Positions 53,981 through 64,000 of a DNA stretch of 64,000 bases are shown in pieces. Position 1 is the first letter of the stretch; each line of letters opens with the position of its first letter. The notes under the pieces were generated by a model. The model was not told the DNA's origin. It did no database searches and saw nothing but the letters and a program-made list of their open reading frames with translations. The stretch lies in NCBI RefSeq assembly GCF_006345805.1, contig NC_042999.1:121644001-121708000 (forward strand), in the 5' to 3' direction. The translations under genes were made by a program, and so were the position numbers. The DNA is from Octopus sinensis. Taxonomy: Eukaryota.

Positions 53981-55282
53981 GGTAAAGAGGGTGTGGGGAA
54001 CTATCAAAAATATTCTCCAAAAGAATGTATGCAAAAGTCTAATACCATTTCATCCTTCTTTAGAATCAACAGCACTGCATAACTTGAAGCAAATAAATTA
54101 CACTAAATGAAATGTTTCATGAATTTGACAATTGTTGTAGAGAGAAAATAATTTATAGTTTAAAAGTCATCCTTTCAATGTTCTTTTCCTGTCTCTTCAC
54201 AAATTAATTGTTCAGAGAGAGAGAGAGAGAGAGAGAGGTGGGGTATGAATTTTTTTGGTACAGGTTAGTAATACCAGGGCAAGTCTGTCTTGCAAAAAGT
54301 TCTTCCTCTAGTTGCAATTAATGTCTTCACTACAAACGAATTTCTGAAGCATGTTTTAGTATTCTATTTCTGAGTGCCGATAAAGGTTTGATGCTGCTAT
54401 TCCATATTGTTCTGTTCATTGTTATGAGTTAGAAGAGACATTCTTCATATTCATATTACCATTACTATCACTGCAAATTAAAATGGATATTTTAAGAAAT
54501 CACTGCTAGAGCAGTTTATGTATGTGTTGTAGCTCTGATGATCGGCTGTCATAAGAGAGATAATCCTTTCTAGATTAAGTTAAGATAAGTCTGAAAGTTT
54601 GAATTTTAAATCAAAGAGTTAAGTATATAGTGCACAGAATATACACATTTGTTACTTGATAGCTTACCATTTAATATTTAATAGTTTAGCATTTATTAGT
54701 TATCTTGATTTTGCATTGTTATTCTTTTATTCTACTGTTTTTATGTTGGCATGTAATTTCATTAGACTTTATGAAATTTTAAAAGCAGAAATTAACTAAC
54801 AAAATGCTCACAAAAATTTCAATGTTTAATTTAAAATAGTGTATCAGCTAATTTATGGATTACAATAGAAAAATAAATATGGTTTAAAAGGCATTTGCTC
54901 TTCTTAATCATCTACAATTCATGGTTTCTTGAAGTATGTTATAAGCAGAAATTATGTGTGATTGCTTCAGGGAAGAAGTTTTTCTTCTTCCCTGATCCAG
55001 TTTGATGTGAACATACCTTTGCTCTGTGGCATATGCCATTAATTTGTTTGGACTGTATTGATAATACATGTAATGATACAACACCTCTCCAAATATTGAT
55101 TATATCCCCAATTAAAATAGAAAAGTAAATCAATATTTACTTCATCGTTTCTGGTGTAAAATAAAATTGATAGAGATAGATAAGCAGTTATTGATCCATG
55201 TTTTTATTGGATAACATTCTTGAACTTATTGTGTGGGTTTACTTTTCATAGCAAGGAAATATTTTGGCCCTTTAAAAATGCT

Positions 55283-55337
<55 letters not shown>

Positions 55338-55759
55338 ATATGTAAATCACTACACTGCATTACTGCTCATACAACTGAAGTAGTTTATTCAATATACTCA
55401 AACACATTCTAGACTGTATCCCAAAACATCTATTGCCTTTGTAGCTAAACTTCCACTCATCAACATTAAGGGAAAAACTTAATTGAAGGCTTCCATCTTC
55501 TCTCTCAAACTAATTTATAAAGAAGCATAGTGTTTATAAATAAATATCATATATCATGAAAGTTTTATTTAATCTTTGAAGCCATAATAAAACATTATTT
55601 AATCACTAAAACATTTTTGCATTCTTTTTGTTTTTCAGCTTTCTAAAAGATATTAAGTTCTATTATGTAAATGAATTAAAACCTCATATTATTTTCAGTA
55701 ATTCTTATTTTATTAGATGTTTAATTTAATGTATCATTTAAAGATAACAGATTAATATT

Positions 55760-56020
55760 ATGTGTGTGTGCATGTATATATATATATATATATATAATAT
55801 ATATATATGTATGTATGTATGTATATATAATGTATGTGTGTGTATATAATATATATGTATAAAATATATAAATAATGTTTCTATATATATATATATATAC
55901 ATACACACACACAAACACATATATATATATATATATGCATACACATATACACACACATACATGTATATATATATATATTTATATATATATACATATATAT
56001 ATCATGTGTATATGTATGTA
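55760..56020. repeat. Compound (TA)/(CA)/(TG) microsatellite
   Basis: Direct reading. Confidence 0.95.
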
Positions 56021-56595
56021 TCTTACAAATGCATATTTGAAAGCTTGTGTTTTCAGATTTAAAATAATTAACATAATTAATGGGAGCAATAATATCTACG
56101 TTATGAAATGATTACATAATACATTTTGAAAATATATTTGAAATATGAAGCAGCTACAAAGTACATGTATTAAACACAAAAAACTAATTTCTTGAAGCGT
56201 TCTACTATGAAACAATACCAAATTTAATATAAAATGTTTTAATCAGATATGTTTGTGTAAAGAAATTTCTTATAAAAGAGTCAGTACTAAAAGGATTTGT
56301 TTCATAATAAAGATTAATATCTCCTAAGTCAGCTGCATTTTGGTTACATAAATTACATTTCTAAAGTAGTTCAAAAACATAAAAAAGTTATTTAATTCTT
56401 GATCAGTAAAATGCTATTTTATAGCAGGTATTATTACATAAAATGAATCTAAATCAAAATGAATTACATAAGCATTTTGAAATTTCAAAAAATAATTTTC
56501 AGAAAAATTCATTGTAATTGTATTGATTTTGTATTTCTTTTCATTTGATTTTTATATATTTCAACGCTGTTTATCACATTAAAACTAAATCCTAG

Positions 56596-56613
56596 AGTGA
56601 AGTCCACAAATCG
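56596..56613 (+). other. Candidate 18-nt microexon
   Basis: cctag|AGTGAAGTCCACAAATCG|gtaaga; upstream U-rich tract and actaa branch-like motif; length is a multiple of 3. Confidence 0.3.
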
Positions 56614-56934
56614 GTAAGATATGGTTATTCTTAAAAGGCTTTGTAGCTGATTGAGAATAAAAACTAGACTTAATTCCTACTTAAAATGGTTTATTAACTG
56701 AAACTGTATTAACAAAGAACATTTAATGAAAACTATCTCCTAAGTTTGCAAATCATGAACTCTGCATCGAAAATATTAAGGATTTGTCAATCTTTAAACT
56801 GCATTTAAGTGGAAAGCTTTTCCAATCATATGATAACGTCAAAGTTCTCAAATATATTTTATATGTGTATCAGAACATGAAATATCTTTGGAAATCACAT
56901 ATAGTATATAATGTTTGTTTTCCTGATAGATCTA

Positions 56935-57747
56935 CAGGGTGTTCAGGCTAGATTTGACAGTTTGCATAAGAGAGAAAGGAAGCATAATATCCCATCTACA
57001 AATAGAAGTAAAAAAAAAATTAAATATCAACTAGATTATAGCTGGGAGATAACAATTTACTCAATGTAGCTGCCCTCAGCTTCCACCATGACCTCAAGGC
57101 GACTCCAGAACCTGGGATATATATTCCTCACTATGTCCCTGGGAAGGTCTTTGAACACCTCCTTAATCTTGGCCACTAGCTTGAATTTGGTATTGCAGGC
57201 TGAGCAGATGGTGTCTTTGTCAGCTGTGCTCCATGCATAGTAATCCATGGAATTACAATTAGGGTTGGTGAAGTCGTAGAAATTCTCTGACAACTACTTG
57301 TGACCCTTTTCAGAGGTATGGCAAGAGGCCAAAGCCTGCTGCCACACTTATGACCTTTCAGCAATAACTTACATGAGTCAGGAATGACCACAGACTCTAG
57401 CAGCTTCACTTAACTAGCTGAATTAAGCCTAAAGACCTGTTCAAAGATGTGGGTATGAACTCTTGTGTGTGGATACAGGCAGAACACCTACTGTGTCCCT
57501 ACCTGCTTTGTAGTCTCCATCACAGCAGTCATGATGTTGGCATTCTGAAACCCCAGAGCAAATCATCATGCTACATATAACACTTTTCTAATATTTAAAT
57601 GGCTTCTCGTCCTCCATATCATTTAACTTTTTCTCAACTACAACTTTAATCACTATGCTCTCTATGCCATTGACTGTTCACCAACACATCAAACTGTTGC
57701 TGAAAAAAGAAGCACAAAAAATTGTCAGATTTATCCCAAACACTCTG
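56935..57747 (-). mobile_element. Internally deleted maT/DD37D-like element with both TIRs
   Basis: TIRs cagggtgttcaggctagatttgacagttt and aaattgtcagatttatcccaaacactctg, TA-flanked; ORF 57057-57293 PNCNSMDYYAW...RLEVMVEAEGSYIE. Confidence 0.85.
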
Positions 57748-58789
57748 TATATGTGCAAACATTGTTTGTCTTTTACAATCTAAATATCTTTATCAGAAGT
57801 GGAAGTGATTATATACTTGCACTAAATCCTAGTGACCATAATTGTGCTATCTAATCATCTATTAATTACCTCTAATACATTGCAGATACTATGTTGGTAA
57901 TATTGTTCATATGTCTTTTGTAACACATCAAAGTTGTACCTCAATAGCATATACACATAAGCTAACATAAGCTAATCTTTCTCTATAATGTATTTGTGCA
58001 CAATCACAAAACATATTGCTTGCCTGAACTCACCTCTCCCTACAGCTACTTCTGTTTCTTTTCGCATTGCTATTACATTTTAGAAATCTTATAAATGTTT
58101 GCTTATAATTCTTATATTCTTTCTGGGTCATTATGGACTCAAATGTAAAATATGTGAAGGGGACTTTCTGGAAGAATACAATTCTGGAGAGGCAGGATCT
58201 CCAAAATATTCTGTGTGAGGCACAATGATGTTGTGGGGAAAATTACTACATACATATAGTTAACTTTGCACCATGTATGTGCTTAGTTGCTATTTGGATA
58301 GGAAGTATTTGTAGCTGAGAAAATGAATCCCAAACCTTATAGTGCAACCTTAGTTGTGGAATATATGTAGTCATTATGAAAAGTCATCAGAGCTAATAGG
58401 ACCGAGTATTAGTAGTGAGTGTGAGAGATTTTTATATTTATTGTTTTTCAGTGGCAGTATGTGTACAGTATTTATCCTTGTCATTATCATTATCAGCATT
58501 AACAGTGTCATTGTCATCTGTATCGTTATCCTCATCACCCTTTTGCTATCTGAAATATCACCACTTGTCTGAATACTGTGTGTGTGGCTCAGTATATCTT
58601 CAGATCTAAACTTGCCACTTCATCCTATATCTTCTTTGGTCTTCTGCTGCCATAAGTACATTCCATAATCTGGTGATAGCCTTTTTTCCTATAATCCATC
58701 ATCTATTTGCCCTACATTTTCAAAATATTGCAGTCCTTCAACATACATCAAATGATCTTTTTCATGCTTGGTTTCTCATACAGCTACGG

Positions 58790-58802
58790 AGCGAGAGAAA
58801 GG

Positions 58803-58851
<49 letters not shown>
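58790..58851. repeat. (GA)n microsatellite
   Basis: Direct reading. Confidence 0.95.
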
Positions 58852-60020
58852 CTGACAGAGTGTGACATAAATTGACAGCTTATTTATCACTAGGGATATA
58901 TCGAGTTGCAATTAAGAATATTTTGTGTTTGGAATGGTGTATGTTGAGAAGCCAGCTGTCAAACAATACTAATTATTAAGACTAACAAATTTTTTACTAA
59001 ATGATTTGTTAAGGAGCTTACTACTTTTGTTAAAGACTACTACAAAAACTTGTAAATTTGTTCCCCAAAGCAATCCTTGATTCTTGCTTATTTATGCTTA
59101 TATATGATTCTTTCTGTCTATGTATTTGTGTGTGCTAAGATATTTTATGTAAAAATGTGAACTATTTACTGAATAGAGTGGCATAGAAATAAAGTCTGAA
59201 CAATCAAAAGTATTACCATACACATATATCAAAAGGGTTTGTTGTTTTAAGAAAGCATTGTATTTTAGCAAAAAGAAATATAAATTATTTGATATATTAT
59301 AACTATATATATATCTCCACATATGAAATAAAAGAGATAGGCAAAGTTAAACTTTTGAAATTTGAACTTGGAACAGTGAGGTAACAAACTAGCATTTTTT
59401 TTTAGGACATTTTACCATCCTAATATTTAAATATTTAGATATGTTGATGGATGCATTTTGATTTGTTTTGAATGGAAGTTGAAAATATTGTCATTCAGAA
59501 AAACTAAGGCTGTCTTTTCTAAAGGTTAGAAAGTTCACAATATAAAGCATATTGATATAGAAATACTTTCATGTTTAAAATAATACTCTGACATATCTGC
59601 TATAAATTTACTCATCTCAATCATATTCAGATGTAAATACTGTCAGACAATATACATAAATATATTTATATATTGTTAAATATTTCAATAATAGTAGAAT
59701 GTTTATTGGATTTAAGTACTTGATACTATCTAATGTCTGAATATATGACGAAATTCTATAGATTTCAAAGCATATCTGTTATATTAAATGCTCTCATTAA
59801 AATCGCTATGTGCATAATTTATATTAACATGCCATATGATATACAACTGTCTGGAAGCAATAGACTAAATATGTAAAAGATTGCTCATTCAAAAAACTAT
59901 AGCAAAATATTGAGAAAATAGTAATCTTGCTTCCAGAAAAACATAAAAATCTTTATAAAAGTAATCCAGTTTGCTACCTTAAAGAAATCTAGACACAAAC
60001 ACACTCACACACACACACAC

Positions 60021-60060
<40 letters not shown>

Positions 60061-60061
60061 T

Positions 60062-60555
60062 AGCTTTCCAGAAGTTTTGAGACTTGTTTTAAGAGAGGCA
60101 ATTATAACTGTCTTACATCACTGTAATTTTAGTATATCACTGCTACACATCTAATTAGCTGACCTGCCAACATTCCAGATTGAAGGTTACAGCTGTATCA
60201 GCACTTTGAACACCTTTTGCTAAACACTGCTTGTCACAGCTGACTAGTTTGCAGAATGGGATATGAAGACACTTTGGAAGCTCACTATACAAAAGACTTA
60301 CGTGTTAAACAGCTACGGAGTGTTATGAAATGCTCCAGACTGCTTAGGAATTAATCTAGATGAACTGAGCATCTGTTTGTACTAGTATAAGAGGCCAGAC
60401 AAAGCAAGTCCATGATCCCCTCTTTTAACAGCAAAGACATCATCTACAATCACTGGGTTCCCTCTGGCCAGACAGTCAACAAAGGGTACTTTGTAGAGAT
60501 TTTGAGGGTGTTCAGGAAGAGATTGTTTTACAAAAGGAAGAGAACCTGCACCAGT
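60062..60555 (+). mobile_element. Mariner fragment
   Basis: MIPSFNSKDIIYNHWVPSGQTVNKGYFVEILRVFRKRL is a typical mariner catalytic-domain segment. Confidence 0.8.
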
Positions 60556-60565
60556 ACACAAATCC

Positions 60566-60591
<26 letters not shown>

Positions 60592-60597
<6 letters not shown>

Positions 60598-61600
60598 ATT
60601 TGGGGATGGTCATGTTGCCAGTTTAGCCAATAAAACACACGCACTGTATATTTGGTGTTAATTTGCTTCAGCTTTATTCTATTTTTTACATTAATTGTAT
60701 TTCGGCCAGAGTTTTTTCTTCACACTTCTGTGACCTCATTAGTGGTCCTTTGCTTTCTTCTTTATTTGTGTGTCTTTTCTTAGCAACGATCAGCTATTTT
60801 GCATTTTGTATTCCTATTGTATGTGTCACATACAATAGGAATACAAAATTACTGGTACTGAGTATAACAGTATAGAGAATTTGTGTAGGGAGTAGAGGAG
60901 GAGGGGCAGTGGAAGGTGGGAGGTATGTGGTGTAAGTGTGTGTCTGTGGAGAGGTTAGTTTTCATGAAGTGAGATGGTGAAGTGAAACTATATGGGGCCA
61001 AAGAATAAAGAGAGAAAATAAATTTCTGTTCTCAATGGAGGCAAGAGTCCGGGTGGCGTCTGTGCAAGCCCAGTCCAAGCACTGATAGATGTTGTAGCGA
61101 ATGACCAAGCAGAAGTGGTGCAAGACAGAGGTGTCATTACTGAGTCTGATGTGCCAGAGTTGTTCAGCAAACTGGTCAGCTGATGCCAGCCAATTTGACT
61201 AATGTACAAGGAACAAAAGAGAGCAGAGGATACAACAGATTATATTGCTGGAGGTACAGGTGAGTGAATCAATGTTGTGGTAGTGGTAATGATGGGTGCT
61301 GGTGAGGATAGGGGTGCTGGAGAGTTCAGGGTAGGTGTGGCAATATGGGTGAGAGCAAGGGAAGGAGTCAGTTTGAATGCCAGGAGTGGGGAAGAAACTA
61401 CAGACCTGAAGGTCATGTAGGTTATGCCTGCATTTGAAGGGGGTGATGAGGAAGATGTGGAAGAATGGTACATTGGAGGGCGAGGATGGATGGGTGGTAG
61501 GTGAGGAGAAAGGGAGGTGCATAAGGGGATGGGGGTGGAGAGAAGCAATTCAGAGAGAGGACGAGTTCAGCCAAATGGAAGAGGGTAGATGTTGAAGATC
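60592..61600 (-). mobile_element. Penelope-like element 3' end (GIY-YIG endonuclease remnant plus pLTR)
   Basis: SLTCTSSNIICCILCSL...YISQIG (cf. FTC.S.NVIYCI.C..C..LYIGQTG); ends at (TA)n; contains a broken hammerhead motif. Confidence 0.8.
60690..60748 (-). ncRNA. Broken hammerhead-like motif
   Basis: Minus strand CCA-CUAAUGA-GGUCA...UGGCC-GAAA; stem II pairs, core G5 is changed to A, stems III and I are poorly preserved. Confidence 0.45.
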
Positions 61601-62324
61601 AGGACAAAGATTGAGGAAATATTTTAATGCTTGTGTGTGCATGTAACAAAATTGGAATGTTCTGTAAATATTACTTGACGATATCATTGTTTTCTATCAC
61701 AATTTCATTGATATGTGGTCCTGTCACATTTCCTTATGTCTAGCTTTTCAGAGATTAGTACTTGCTATGTTGGGTGGAATTTGTTTCAGAATCTTACAAT
61801 GCTGAAGGTGAATAAATTAATTAGACTTACTGAAATGATCACTCTTTAGATCACCTTTTTTTAAGATGAGACAGTTATGGACAAGAAAAGCATAATGTCT
61901 ATGCATGTACACATGATAATCTAGCCAACTGAGCTGTAGCAGAACTTATTGTCTGGGTTAGTTCCCTCTGGCTCTTGCTTATCGAGGAGCTCCTTGTAAA
62001 AGAAAGTATCCATCAGAAGAATTAATGTTTAGACAATAAAAGCAAGACAATTATGGTAATTCTGCACATTACTTGATGTAAAAAAGTAAAACACTTATGA
62101 TATTTAAATTCTTGGGTAACTTTTGCTTTTAAGATTTGAATTGAGAGACAAATATTGTTGATGTAATATTTTGCTTTAAATCCTGTGGAGGTTAACTTGG
62201 CTTTTCATTTTTCTCATGTAATTGTAGTTCTAAACTCATGTACTACCTGATACTCTTCAGTTGAATAAATCTTTTTCCTCTGAATTTGTGTAATTTTCCC
62301 TATGTTGGACATCAGTATACTCAA

Positions 62325-62399
62325 GATTTTCTTTTTTCTTTTTTAGGTAAGTTTTTCAACATTATGTTACAGACGGATTAAAACAAAGTTTATGTAAGT
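62325..62399 (+). promoter_or_regulatory. Recursive-splice-like site AG|GTAAGT with 47-nt cryptic exon
   Basis: ttttcttttttcttttttAG|GTAAGT at 62345-62352 and a second GTAAGT at 62394. Confidence 0.5.
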
Positions 62400-63030
62400 T
62401 GAGTTAAATATATTTTCATATTATTTCAAAATTTATTTTACATATATGTAGTACCCATGACTCTTCCTGAAAGCATTAAAATTTGATTAGTAATTTCATA
62501 TTTATTGGTAAAAGTAAATTTGAATGTTGAGAAACTGAAGGCTTATAAAAAATTTTCTTGCTTTAGTGCTTGAATTAACATAGTGGATACTAGCTATAAA
62601 ATCTGAAATATATTGTTTGCATACATCACACCTACGTACTGTTTTCTGGTTTCCATTAAGAAGTTTCTTTTAATACTGAGAAAGTGAAATGTAGTTCTAT
62701 ACTTTGAATCATTATGTAGATGAAGGCAGACTATCATAAAATTTTTAAATGATATATTTGCAAAATCCAACTTATATTTAGACGTAATATTTCACTTAAA
62801 TCCATTTAATTCCTGCATACATTGATTAAACATAAAAAGTGGAAAGTTGTTATGAATTGATGATTTGTTAATATTGTTATTATTAATCACATTTAAGTTT
62901 ACTTTGTATTTTATCTTTCTGAAATAGATAACATATGTACACATCAAATACCGGGATTGCTATAATATATTGTTCCCTTCCCAAAACATGTCATTGTGCC
63001 TGCATTAAATCTCAATATTAGTATTGTGAG

Positions 63031-63870
63031 GAAGGTGGCAGATTAATAGAACTGATACAATGGCAGGCAAAATAGCTAGCATTTAGTTGCAGCTCTATAC
63101 TTTTATATTATGAGTTCATGTTCCACTGAGATCAAGTTCATCTTTTTAGTGGTTGATAAAATGAGTACCAGTTAAATTCATCTAGTTTATTACACCTTTC
63201 CCCAAATTTAAAGTATTGTGTCTATATTAGAAATGATTTTTGTGGGAACAGTTATTGGGGAGGAATTGGTAAAGTATTGGACAAAATTCCACACACTATT
63301 TAATACATACCATTATATTATGTATATAAACTCATCTTGGGTCAACTTTGAATTTCATTCTTTCAGGACTAATAAAATAAGTATCAATCAAGTATTGTAG
63401 TTGGTTTAATCAACTGCATCAACTCTCAGTGCTAAGGTTTGAAATCAATTCTATTAATGTGAGGTGAATTGGCAGACTTGTTAAAACATCAGACAAGATA
63501 ACTTGCATTTTGTAATATCCCTTTAAATTCTGTGTTCTAATCTTACAAAGTCTACTTCTCCTTTCATTTTTTCAGGGTTAATACACCCAGTACCAATCAA
63601 GTACTGGGATCTTTTCCCAAAATTCTCTAGCTTTTGGCCTATGTAACAAATTATTTGTGGTGGCTGGAGGCAATGAGTAGCAGAATCAGTAGAACACTGC
63701 ACTGAGCAACATTTTCCCATTTCATTCTGTGATCAAATCCTGCAAAATTCAGTTTTAGCTTACATCGTAATCCCCTTGTTAAAAATAAGTATGACTAATG
63801 TATTAGGTCTATAAATAATCATAATTCATATTTCAAGTGTTGTGGTCATGTACCAAAGTAAGAAATTACT
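63031..63870 (+). mobile_element. Four head-to-tail diverged copies of a 200-bp tRNA-derived SINE
   Basis: Units start near 63031, 63255, 63459 and 63665; each has an A-box-like head, a gagttcaaat-like B box, a ttcat...ataaaataagtacca core and a similar tail. Confidence 0.7.
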
Positions 63871-64000
63871 ACTAAGAGAAAAATGCAATGTAGGTAAGAA
63901 GAATGCATATAAAAGTTATTGTGATGCAACCTTTCAGGAATGTGCAGGTACATATAAGCAAATCAAACACAGTCTGTTAAATATTACCATGAGGTGCCTT

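Noticed and set aside
54250-54270. tacag|gttagt recursive-like site
   Set aside because: Short interrupted pyrimidine tract and no downstream GT donor at a suitable distance

Overview
AT-rich, microsatellite-dense eukaryotic DNA. The tRNA-derived SINE families and the RTE/Penelope content look like Octopus (coleoid cephalopod); this is recognition, not a database result. I find no intact cellular gene, and nearly all short ORFs are microsatellite or transposon artefacts. The window reads as a long intron or intergenic tract containing: a young 5'-truncated RTE LINE and several older RTE and CR1-like fossils; two mariner copies plus a fragment; two maT/DD37D-like elements; a POGK-like pogo fossil; a hAT fossil; a Tigger-like MITE; Penelope-like element (PLE) pieces; and many SINEs. 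Four signals stand out beyond routine annotation. (1) Three minus-strand type-I hammerhead ribozyme motifs with long stem II sit in PLE-type termini next to (TA)n; the one at 32149-32237 keeps an intact core. (2) Plus-strand AG|GT recursive-splice-like sites are followed by 47-75 nt cryptic exons (best at 62345-62399), and there is an 18-nt microexon candidate, hinting at a giant + strand intron. (3) Five local fold-back inverted repeats occur, including a loop-less 126-bp palindrome and an 81-bp stem with a TTAGGG-containing loop. (4) A head-to-tail array of four SINEs lies at the right end. All alignments and folds were done by eye, and coordinates of decayed elements are approximate.
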